Shown: piece by piece, positions 1 to 8,356 of the stretch
Layout: each line of letters starts with the position of its first letter
Numbering within the stretch: the stretch's first letter is position 1
Assembly: GCA_003641425.1 (NCBI GenBank)
Contig: QNAH01000001.1
Coordinates: forward strand, 1-33,227
From: Candidatus Zixiibacteriota bacterium
GTDB lineage: Bacteria > Zixibacteria > MSB-5A5 > GN15 > PGXB01
DNA length: 33,227 nucleotides
Reading direction: 5' to 3'
Program-made: the position numbers and the translations under genes
Notes under the pieces: generated by a model
What the model saw: the letters and a program-made list of their open reading frames with translations, nothing else
Told to the model about the DNA's origin: nothing
The model's database searches: none

Positions 1-1
1 C

Positions 2-2200
2 GGGCGGGACAGTGTTCGTTATTCATACGGGGGGCTAAGCTTTGGTGAACCGTCGCAGGGACGAACTTTTTCGCCAAGCTCCAAGACCTTGCCCGATCTG
101 GCGCTGATAAATATAAGCGACCCCTTTGCCGGTTACGGGAACGAAGATGTAAGTCTGATATCCAATTATTCCGGGGCGGAGAAGATGGGCGGTGATTACA
201 CCTATGCCACCCGCGATCAACGCTATTACCGGATTGTTGCCAAACACCAGTTGCCGCGCGAGATCGGCTCGGTTTATGGTTCGTTTAGCTACGAAAGTCT
301 GGGCGATGCCGCGCCCCGATGGAATGTCGATTGCCGCCTGCCGCATAACGGCGCCGAGAATGTCGAGCTTATGGGCGGGGCAAGTTTTGATCTGCTGACC
401 AAATTCAAATCGGATGTGAAAGTACTGTACAAATCAGTTAAACGCGATTATTATGAGCATTGTTATTATTTCGATTACGAACATGCGCCGCGCGAGGAGT
501 TCGAGATGTACAACGGCGAGCTCTCGGTCAACGGCTGGCTGATGAAAGACCTTTTCATCAATGCCGGATTCGGAATTGCCGGCGACGACAGCAAAACCGG
601 CGATGGCGTCCTGTTCGATGACGTTGCGGCCTATGCAGAACAAAGGCCTAATCCCGGTACTGATCTATATTACCTTTTCTATAGATGGGATGACTTCTGG
701 ACTGTTACCGAGACAATTGATGAGGCTCATTATTATGATGCCTTTAAAAGATATAAAAGCAGTGCAATCAGCGGATTTCTTCAACTGAAAAAACAGATCA
801 AGTATAATGCTGAAATCTGGTCTGATTTTGAATTTTCAAAATCGACATTCAGAAAGTATGTTAATTATTATCCGACAGTCGGATATAATACAGAATATGT
901 GGATAATATCGGTTTTGATGCCCTGGGCAATGAGACCAATGATGAAAATGGTTTTGCCGATATTCCTAATCCAATGTGGCTTACTGCATCACTGGGCGGG
1001 AAACTTCTGGAAGATAAATACTTCATTAAAGGCGCAATCGATTTTGAGTTATTCGATCCTGGTGCACTTGTATTCCGTGATCCTTTAAATCCGCTTGATC
1101 CTGATGGAGTTAATGACTATCAATTGGATACCTCGGATATGACCGACGCCGACATCAAGAGCAACGTGGGTTTTCGGGCGGCGGTCGGTATATCTCTGAC
1201 CGAATCGATTGATCTTTTCGGAAATGCTTCGATCAGTTATGCATATCCATCATATAATAGCCTATATAACGGTTATTCATTTATGGAGACAAGGATAGGC
1301 GCCGGTTCATATTATATTTTCTCAAATCCCGAACTTGACCCGGTAAAATACGCTAATCTGGAACTGGGAATTATGAGCACTTGTCGTGACATAAACACTG
1401 CTATATCCTATCAAAGGCGTCTTGAAGAAAATTCGATTGTAACTTCCCATGTATCGGGTATCCCCTATGCCTATGATATGCTGGCCTCGAGTGGCGGGCA
1501 GAACAGTACGAATGCAATTGTATTAAGCTGTCGGCAATCGGGAAATCATCTTCTAAGCGGATCTGTATCAGCAGAAATTGCATGGCATGATTGGTATATT
1601 TCGACAGAAGGACTCAACATAGCCTGGATGCATCCCTATGGGACACCACTTCCAAAGCAAAAATTTACCACCTACAAATTGTCGGGCTCGATTGGTTTGA
1701 ATCCGAATGCGCTCGATCTCGATCGTGACAGGTTGTTTGGTAAGGTACTATCGCGTCTGGCAGTGAATCTGTCGTTTAATTATAGAGGCGGCCTGCGTTA
1801 TACTCTCTTGGAACCTTATGCCGCCGTTAGCCTTGGTTCTGTACAACATCGGCCATTGTCGGAGATTGGAGCGAAGAAAGCCAAAGACTTTTTTGAAATC
1901 AACCTTGCCATTGCGGCGCATCTGGCCGATTTCCGCGGGGCAAAGATGTCGCTCAGCTTTGAGATCCTCAACCTGTTCGACCGGGATAATTATCTTGATG
2001 TCTACGGCGCTACCGGCGAGCCTGACTACGATGGATATGATCAAACAGAGGAATATGATGCCCGTGTAGTAAATTATGAAAATGACCCGCTTGACAGTTC
2101 CGGACTGACATTCGCCGAGAAATACTCGCTCAAACAGGATGATCCGAACAATTATTATCGCCCGCGGATGTTCCGGATACTGGCCCGTCTGGAGTTTTAG
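2..2200 (+). CDS. TonB-dependent-receptor-like outer-membrane beta-barrel protein (5' partial, continues left of window)
   Basis: The frame is open from nt 2 with no stop, so the TTG at 89 is probably internal. Composition is Y/G/D/N-rich with alternating strands. 'ILNLFDRDNY' and the terminal '...MFRILARLEF' (aromatic last residue) are typical of TBDR/OMP barrels. TAG stop at 2198-2200. Confidence 0.6.
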   Translation, partial: GRDSVRYSYGGLSFGEPSQGRTFSPSSKTLPDLALINISDPFAGYGNEDVSLISNYSGAEKMGGDYTYATRDQRYYRIVAKHQLPREIGSVYGSFSYESLGDAAPRWNVDCRLPHNGAENVELMGGASFDLLTKFKSDVKVLYKSVKRDYYEHCYYFDYEHAPREEFEMYNGELSVNGWLMKDLFINAGFGIAGDDSKTGDGVLFDDVAAYAEQRPNPGTDLYYLFYRWDDFWTVTETIDEAHYYDAFKRYKSSAISGFLQLKKQIKYNAEIWSDFEFSKSTFRKYVNYYPTVGYNTEYVDNIGFDALGNETNDENGFADIPNPMWLTASLGGKLLEDKYFIKGAIDFELFDPGALVFRDPLNPLDPDGVNDYQLDTSDMTDADIKSNVGFRAAVGISLTESIDLFGNASISYAYPSYNSLYNGYSFMETRIGAGSYYIFSNPELDPVKYANLELGIMSTCRDINTAISYQRRLEENSIVTSHVSGIPYAYDMLASSGGQNSTNAIVLSCRQSGNHLLSGSVSAEIAWHDWYISTEGLNIAWMHPYGTPLPKQKFTTYKLSGSIGLNPNALDLDRDRLFGKVLSRLAVNLSFNYRGGLRYTLLEPYAAVSLGSVQHRPLSEIGAKKAKDFFEINLAIAAHLADFRGAKMSLSFEILNLFDRDNYLDVYGATGEPDYDGYDQTEEYDARVVNYENDPLDSSGLTFAEKYSLKQDDPNNYYRPRMFRILARLEF

Positions 2201-2247
2201 GCTGATCGCCGGGTAATGGCAATTAAAATGTGAAAATAAATTGCAGA

Positions 2248-2492
2248 GGTGGGTTTTGTAAACCGCCTTTTTATTTTGGGGCTTTGTTTACACACCCCTG
2301 AATCCCCTCTCAAGAGGGGACTAAAAATTGATAATGCTATTAAATTATCGTATGGTCAATCATATATTTCCATGGCGATAATGATTTTATTAAGTAATCT
2401 ATTTGATGTATTTATTTCTTCAACCCCTCTGGAGAGGGGTACCCGATAGCCGCCAACGGCGGATGGAGGGCGGGGTGTGTAAACCGGGCCCC
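2248..2492. repeat. Nested inverted-repeat, MITE-like intergenic element
   Basis: 21-nt imperfect terminal inverted repeats, GGGGCTTTGTTTACACACCCC (2278-2298) and GGGGTGTGTAAACCGGGCCCC (2472-2492), are complementary at 18/21 positions. Each is flanked internally by a GC palindrome: CCCCTCTcaagAGGGG (2304-2319) and CCCCTCTggAGAGGGG (2424-2439). The core between them is AT-rich. A third partial copy, GGGTTTTGTAAACCG, lies at 2251-2265. Confidence 0.55.
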
Positions 2493-2627
2493 GATATCAG
2501 ATAAAACCTTATCTTATTTATCTGCTTTATCTGCAACTTTCATTTTATTCTTTCGTCTCATATAATAATTGACTAATATAATCCCGCAATTCTATTGGAA
2601 GGTATATTCAAAAGAGGAAGGACCACA

Positions 2628-3338
2628 ATGAGGGCTATTAAAATTATCTTACTGATGGCGGCGGGTGTGCTGATGTTTTCATCGGTGTCGGCCGGGCCAT
2701 TGACCAATTTCCAGGGCGGAATCAATCTCCTGCTCGGATTTCCGCAGGGTGATTTTAAGGATGAAATCAATAAAACCGGGGTCGGGATCGGCGGCGAATT
2801 CATCTATTCACCCGGAAACTCGCTGTTTGGGATCGGAGCCTCGCTCGGTTTTATGGTGTACGGGCACGAGACCCGCTCGGAGCCGTTCAGCTATACCATC
2901 CCCAATGTTTTTGTCGATGTCACCACCGACAACAATATATTTCTGGGGCATCTGCTGGTAAGGATACAACCGAAACTCGGCCCGATCAGACCTTATGGCG
3001 AAGGACTTATCGGTATGAATTATCTCTACACCAAGACATCGATTAAGGATCAGGGGGATATCGGCGAGACTATCGCGAGTTCGACCGATTTCGAAGACGC
3101 TGTATTCAGTTATGGTGTCGGCGGCGGAATGATGGTTCAGCTTTATTCCGGCGACCCGACCGGGGGAAAACTGTGGCGGCTAATGCTTGATCTCAGGATG
3201 CGTTATATCATCGGCGGCGAGGCGGAGTATCTCAAAGAGGGTTCTATCACTTTTGAGGATCTGAATGTTTATTATGATGTCAGTAAATCCAAGACCGACC
3301 TGATGACGGCGCATATCGGCCTGGCATTCGAGTTCTAG
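2628..3338 (+). CDS. Small outer-membrane beta-barrel protein (OmpA-like/OMP_b-brl type), signal peptide
   Basis: ATG at 2628 is preceded by GAGGAAG. N-terminus is MRAIKIILLMAAGVLMFSSVSA. The body is G/Y-rich with alternating strands. C-terminal '...HIGLAFEF' ends in Phe. I prefer this start to the alternative-codon start at 2595. Confidence 0.7.
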   Translation: MRAIKIILLMAAGVLMFSSVSAGPLTNFQGGINLLLGFPQGDFKDEINKTGVGIGGEFIYSPGNSLFGIGASLGFMVYGHETRSEPFSYTIPNVFVDVTTDNNIFLGHLLVRIQPKLGPIRPYGEGLIGMNYLYTKTSIKDQGDIGETIASSTDFEDAVFSYGVGGGMMVQLYSGDPTGGKLWRLMLDLRMRYIIGGEAEYLKEGSITFEDLNVYYDVSKSKTDLMTAHIGLAFEF

Positions 3339-3362
3339 GAAACTTGATTTTATAAAATTTCA

Positions 3363-3391
3363 GGGACAGGTATAAAAGCCTGTCTCTTTTT
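3363..3391. terminator. Intrinsic (bidirectional) terminator between convergent genes
   Basis: GGGACAGG-tataaaag-CCTGTCTC is an 8-bp stem with one G.U pair. It is followed by TTTTT and preceded by an A-run. Confidence 0.6.
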
Positions 3392-3402
3392 ACATAATCC
3401 AC

Positions 3403-4704
3403 CTACTTCATCAGCAGCATCTTCTTGGCTTCTTTGAAATCGCCCGTCTTGATTTCGTAGAAATATATTCCTGACCGAACCGTGTAACCATCCTCGTCGG
3501 TACCATCCCAATTGATCGTGTACTGTCCCGCCTCCTGTCTGGTATTGACCAGCCTTTTGATTTTCCGGCCGAGAGTGTTATAGATGGAAATCTCGACATC
3601 GGTTTTTGACATCAGCGAATATTTGATGCTGGTCGATGCGTTAAACGGATTCGGATAATTCTGCGACAGGATGAATTTACCGGGAAGAGTCGGCCGATTA
3701 TCATCGGGTGTATCGCTTGGTTCATGCTCATAAGAATAAACCCCGTCACCGAGTGTGGCAAACCATACCACACCCGAAACTGTGACAGCGATATCTGTGA
3801 CCGAAGCATTACTTCCGATTCCGGTGAATCGATTGAATGTCGTCCAGACAGCACCGTCGAATTGCGATATCCAGACCTGGTTCGGATTAGTCCAGCTATG
3901 GCCGACCCAGATATATCCAAGACTGTCCATCGCCACTGCAGTGACCGCTCCCGGAGCAAGACCGTCGCCGGCCTCGGTATAATCGACCCATTCCGATCCC
4001 CGGTCGAATCTATTGAGTCCGGTATTGGTGCCGAACCAGATGTAGCCTGAGGGATCCTGCATGATGACATTGACAGTATCGTCGAGCAAACCGCTGTTCG
4101 ACTCCTCGTACGTGGTCCAGTTACCGTCGAGATCGAGTTTCGAAACTCCATTACGTGTCCCAAACCATTTGTTTCCGTCGCTGTCAATCAGCGATGCCAG
4201 GATATTATTACCGGCCAGACCGCTGTCGATAGTATAATGGGCTACCGTGGTGGTGTCGGCATCATGTTTGACGACACCCGCGCCGAATGTCCCCAGCCAG
4301 AGGAAACCGGAGTCATCGACCACCATCGTCTTGATATCGACATAATCCAGATGATCTTCCTGATTAAACTGATCCCACTCCGATACACCATCGAAACTTC
4401 CAACACCGAATGTGGTCGCGAACCATAAATTACCTGCCGGATCGGAGGTTATATCATTGATGGCGTCGTTGATCAAACCATTGAAATGATTATATACGGG
4501 CCAGTCGTTACCGTCGAATTTTTGCACCCCCGCCCCGCCGCTTCCGAACCAGATATTTCCGGCTTCGTCGGCGTAAAGAGAATTTACATAATTGCTGACA
4601 AGATTTTCCAATTCGTCATACGCTGTCCAATCGGCCTGAACCAATGTGAAAAAGAGCGACAAAATCAAAACCAATATGAAAATCTTTAAGTATTTGAATT
4701 CCAT
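3403..4704 (-). CDS. Secreted beta-propeller protein (two-component-regulator-propeller / Reg_prop-like repeats) with T9SS C-terminal sorting domain
   Basis: Signal peptide MEFKYLKIFILVLILSLFFTLVQA. Repeated D..G.(I/L)WFGT..G(V/L) units. The C-terminal tail 'LSQNYPNPFNASTSIKYSL...GIYFYEIKTGDFKEAKKMLLMK' matches the Por/T9SS type-A tail pattern. Confidence 0.75.
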   Translation of the reverse strand: MEFKYLKIFILVLILSLFFTLVQADWTAYDELENLVSNYVNSLYADEAGNIWFGSGGAGVQKFDGNDWPVYNHFNGLINDAINDITSDPAGNLWFATTFGVGSFDGVSEWDQFNQEDHLDYVDIKTMVVDDSGFLWLGTFGAGVVKHDADTTTVAHYTIDSGLAGNNILASLIDSDGNKWFGTRNGVSKLDLDGNWTTYEESNSGLLDDTVNVIMQDPSGYIWFGTNTGLNRFDRGSEWVDYTEAGDGLAPGAVTAVAMDSLGYIWVGHSWTNPNQVWISQFDGAVWTTFNRFTGIGSNASVTDIAVTVSGVVWFATLGDGVYSYEHEPSDTPDDNRPTLPGKFILSQNYPNPFNASTSIKYSLMSKTDVEISIYNTLGRKIKRLVNTRQEAGQYTINWDGTDEDGYTVRSGIYFYEIKTGDFKEAKKMLLMK

Positions 4705-4985
4705 TTTTTTCTCCTTGTTTTATTATATGACGTAAAAACTAAGATAATATAGCAATAAAGTTGGCCCAAATAAATACCGGCCTTACTCGCCCTGAGATTG
4801 CTTTATAAAATGAGCGGGTGGAAAAGCCGCAATCATAACTTTTCAGCTTGCAAAAAAAGCAATCGCGTATTATCTTTAACTTATTGAGCGACAATAAAGT
4901 AATATGTCGTTAGCAATTGCCCAACGGCACAATGAAGTGTGATATTTTTTTATCGGGTCGGCAATAATGATGAGGAATTGGCGTG

Positions 4986-7976
4986 ATGAATATTAAATTA
5001 TTTATATCGGCTTTTTTATTATGTGCATTGATTCTTTCTAGTTTTGCTTTGTCCGGCGAGATTGCACCGGAACTTACCGCCCGGATATCGAACTTGTCCG
5101 GTGATGATATGATCCCGGTTATCATCACGCTAAAAAAGCCGGCCTATAAATCAAATCTTAAATCCGATATGGCCAAACGTTACAAAACTGCCGCAGAGCG
5201 TCATCTGGCCGGGGTGGAACAATTAAAAAGCGAGGCCGCGACACTTCAAGGCGATCTTATATCATCATTAAATCAATTACAGCAATCCGGGCTTGCCGAA
5301 AATGTAAAAAGCCGCTGGATAATTAACGGCGTCACCGCCGACCTGGCCCGATCCGAGATTGCAGACATCGCTTCACGTCCCGATGTTGCGATGGTATATG
5401 AACTCCCCGGATTACATCTGGTCGAATCATCATCTGATTATGCCGCTGCATCTCCGCAACTGCTGTCATCGTCCCCGGAACCGAATATTAAGCTGGTGGG
5501 AGCCGATTCGGCCTGGGCGCTGGGATATAACGGCGCCGGACGGATTGTCTGTTCATTCGATACCGGGGTCGAGGGGATTCACCCGGCGTTATTCGACAAA
5601 TGGAAGGGACATGACGGCGACTCAGCCGCGGCCTGGTTTGATCCTATCGGCATGGAATCGTTTCCGCATGTCTTTGGTTTTCTGGGCGATGACGGTACCC
5701 ACGGAACTCATACAATGGGTATTATGGTGGGGGCGTGTGATACCATGCGATTTGATAAAGACAGTATCGGGATCGCTCCGGGCGCCAAATGGATTTCCGC
5801 GGCGGTCGTCAGCCTGGCAGGTGTTTCCCTTATCGATGCTTTCGAATGGGCGGCCGATCCCGACGGCGATCCGAATACCATCAGCGATGTTCCCGATGTT
5901 ATTAACCACAGTTGGTATAATTTGGAGCTCGATTGCAGTGATTATTTCCACGAGATGATAGAGAACACCGAGGCGCTTGGTATTGTAAATGTATTCGCCG
6001 GCGGAAATAGCGGTCCCAATTCCCGCACTATGACGAATCCGGCAAATCTGGCCTTCGATTCTCTCGACTGCTTTGCGGTTGGATCGATTTATTACGGCGA
6101 CAGTATCGTCTCCGGATACTCTTCGCGAGGTCCATCTGACTGTAACCCGCTTTCGATTGATATGATCAAGCCGAACCTGGTCGCCCCCGGCGACAGTATC
6201 TGGTCATCGACCGGGTCAAATTATGTGTCCCGCGCAAGCGGGACCTCGATGGCGGCGCCGCATGTATCCGGAGCGGTGGCGATTCTGCGTCAGTATGCTC
6301 CCGATGCCACTGTCGATGAAATCAAGCAGGCGCTTATTGCTGGCGCGGTGCACCCGTCAATGGGTGAACCGTACCCGAACAACAATTACGGCTGGGGCGT
6401 GCTTTACATTCCGTCGGCACTCGAAGCGCTCGACTCAATCATGCATTCCCCCGTCGCAGATCTGCGCATCTACTCTTTCGATCAAAATCCGGTACTCCCC
6501 GGCGATACCGTTTCGGGCACGGTGGTGATAAAAAATGTTGGATCGGATATCGATGGTGTCATTGCAAACATCGCGGCGACGGCCGATGGGATGGATCTGC
6601 TGGTCAATTCCCTCCAATTCGGGACAATTTCATCCGGCGATACCGCCCACAGCGACATACCGTTCCGTGCCCTGGTGCATGATACCGTGACCACCGGGAC
6701 ATTGCTTTCTGTGGATATCGAGATGACCGGGGCCGGGGGTTATCTCAATCCGGCTCACCTGTATATCAGGGTCGGAACCGCACCCGAAGTTTCATATTAC
6801 ACGCACAGCAACGGTGCGCTGGATTTCACCATTTCCAATTTCGGAGAGTACGGTTTCGCCTTTTATTCTTTTTACCCGCTCAATTACAGCGGATTTCGTT
6901 ATCTCGACATGACCCGGAATGACCTGTTCGAGGGCGCTTTTCTGGTCGGTACCGATTCGGCCCATATATCGGATGGTGTCCGCAACATAGCCGGGGAACC
7001 GGACAATGATTTTGCGGTCGCTCCCGGCGGGGATCTGGTTGTCTGTACGCCCGGAACCAAAGCGGATCAGCAGACCTATTCGGTCTTTGATGACAGTAAG
7101 GCCGAAAATCCGATTGGTCTGGAAATTACCCAGAAAACTTACACATGGAACGATCCCCCCGCAGACAACATTGTCATTATGGAATATATCATAAAAAATG
7201 TCTCCGACAGTCTTATCGATAGTATCTATGCCGGTCTATTAATGGACTGGGATTTGCATTCGGGCCGAATTGATAGCGGCAACTATAATCCGGACAGTGA
7301 TATGGGATATATGTGGCATGGGCTGACCGGGTCCCCTGATGTCGTGCAGGCCAAGTACCGCGGGATATGTGTTCTCAGCGAGGAAGGCATGACGACACAT
7401 AAGATGGTATCGATTAATGAGCAGTCTAATACCAAGTACACCCTTTCGGAAGGAACGAAATACCAGGCGATTGCCTCGAATATTCTTGGCGGAAATCCCT
7501 TCAACATGGAGGCCGATTTCTGGGTGACTGTCGGTACCGGACCGTTTAACCTGGCGCCGGGGACAATGGACACAGCGGTGTTCGCATTGGTGGCCGCCGA
7601 TACGACACTTGACAATCTCATTGCCGCGGCGGCCGAGGCCCGAAATATGTATGATATCGTGACCAATATCGAGATTATCGATAATGAAATTCTTCCGGAA
7701 AGATTCGCACTTGATCAGAATTATCCCAACCCATTTAATCCATCGACGACGATTTCGTTTTCGCTGACAAAACGATCTCATGTTGAATTATCGATTTACA
7801 ATCTTCTCGGGCAAAAAGTGATCAATCTGATCGACAAGGAACTTTCGGCCGGAAATTACAGGACATCATGGGATGGGCGCGATAAATTCGGGGATGAAAC
7901 GGCCGGCGGGGTATATTTTTACCGGCTGAAGACGGGTGAATCGAGTCAGACACGCAAGATGGTTCTTCTGAAATAG
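4986..7976 (+). CDS. Subtilisin-like S8 serine peptidase, N-terminal propeptide, T9SS C-terminal sorting domain
   Basis: Signal peptide is present. Catalytic motifs are Asp (VCSFDTGV), His (HGTHTMGIMVG) and Ser (SGTSMAAPHVSGAVAIL). C-terminus is 'LDQNYPNPFNPSTTISFSL...GVYFYRLKTGESSQTRKMVLLK'. A GTG at 4983 is an alternative start. Confidence 0.9.
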   Translation: MNIKLFISAFLLCALILSSFALSGEIAPELTARISNLSGDDMIPVIITLKKPAYKSNLKSDMAKRYKTAAERHLAGVEQLKSEAATLQGDLISSLNQLQQSGLAENVKSRWIINGVTADLARSEIADIASRPDVAMVYELPGLHLVESSSDYAAASPQLLSSSPEPNIKLVGADSAWALGYNGAGRIVCSFDTGVEGIHPALFDKWKGHDGDSAAAWFDPIGMESFPHVFGFLGDDGTHGTHTMGIMVGACDTMRFDKDSIGIAPGAKWISAAVVSLAGVSLIDAFEWAADPDGDPNTISDVPDVINHSWYNLELDCSDYFHEMIENTEALGIVNVFAGGNSGPNSRTMTNPANLAFDSLDCFAVGSIYYGDSIVSGYSSRGPSDCNPLSIDMIKPNLVAPGDSIWSSTGSNYVSRASGTSMAAPHVSGAVAILRQYAPDATVDEIKQALIAGAVHPSMGEPYPNNNYGWGVLYIPSALEALDSIMHSPVADLRIYSFDQNPVLPGDTVSGTVVIKNVGSDIDGVIANIAATADGMDLLVNSLQFGTISSGDTAHSDIPFRALVHDTVTTGTLLSVDIEMTGAGGYLNPAHLYIRVGTAPEVSYYTHSNGALDFTISNFGEYGFAFYSFYPLNYSGFRYLDMTRNDLFEGAFLVGTDSAHISDGVRNIAGEPDNDFAVAPGGDLVVCTPGTKADQQTYSVFDDSKAENPIGLEITQKTYTWNDPPADNIVIMEYIIKNVSDSLIDSIYAGLLMDWDLHSGRIDSGNYNPDSDMGYMWHGLTGSPDVVQAKYRGICVLSEEGMTTHKMVSINEQSNTKYTLSEGTKYQAIASNILGGNPFNMEADFWVTVGTGPFNLAPGTMDTAVFALVAADTTLDNLIAAAAEARNMYDIVTNIEIIDNEILPERFALDQNYPNPFNPSTTISFSLTKRSHVELSIYNLLGQKVINLIDKELSAGNYRTSWDGRDKFGDETAGGVYFYRLKTGESSQTRKMVLLK

Positions 7977-8057
7977 GCTGAAGTTAATCAACGGCTTGCG
8001 GGCGGGTAAAATAGTCAAAAACGGACCTGTTTCAGGAACAATTGGCTATAATTTGTG

Positions 8058-8085
8058 TTGACAAAACCATAAAATTTTATATACT
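8058..8085 (+). promoter_or_regulatory. Sigma70-type promoter for tRNA-Glu
   Basis: TTGACA (8058-8063), a 16-nt spacer, then TATACT (8080-8085). The -10 element ends 16 nt upstream of the tRNA 5' end. Confidence 0.6.
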
Positions 8086-8101
8086 AGCGGCACGCTTTTG
8101 C

Positions 8102-8179
8102 GTCCCCATCGTCTAGCCCGGTCTAGGACACTGCCCTTTCACGGCGGCAACAGGGGTTCGAATCCCCTTGGGGACGCCA
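8102..8179 (+). tRNA. tRNA-Glu (anticodon UUC), CCA encoded
   Basis: GTCCCCA...TGGGGAC forms the acceptor stem. The anticodon arm is CTGCC-CTTTCAC-GGCGG and the T-arm is AGGGG-TTCGAAT-CCCCT. It is close to colinear with E. coli tRNA-Glu. GCCA 3' end. Confidence 0.95.
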
Positions 8180-8189
8180 AAATTTACGG

Positions 8190-8224
8190 ATCGGCGGTTC
8201 ACTTTCGAACCGCCGATTTTGTTT
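8190..8224 (+). terminator. Rho-independent terminator after tRNA-Glu
   Basis: ATCGGCGGTTC-actttc-GAACCGCCGAT is a perfect 11-bp stem, followed by TTTgTTT. Confidence 0.85.
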
Positions 8225-8356
8225 GGCTTCTTCTATTTACGTGAAATACCCCGCCCCTCAAATCGTTTTTGACCAAGCGGTTTGTTTATTGGTTTGCAGA
8301 TTTACTATGGAATAGTATATTAACAATCTTGAAAAAATAAGCGTAGTTGTTCTGAT

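Noticed and set aside
2249-2449. 66-aa ORF (MGFVNRLFILGLCLHTPESPLKRG...TPLERGTR)
   Set aside because: It lies entirely inside the inverted-repeat element. The 'PLKRG' and 'PLERG' stretches are the GC palindromes translated. It has no SD and starts on an alternative codon.
3612-4187. 191-aa minus-strand and 108/75-aa + strand ORFs within the propeller gene
   Set aside because: These are alternative-frame or antisense shadows of the 433-aa Reg_prop/T9SS gene. That gene has a signal peptide, repeats and a sorting tail in a single frame.
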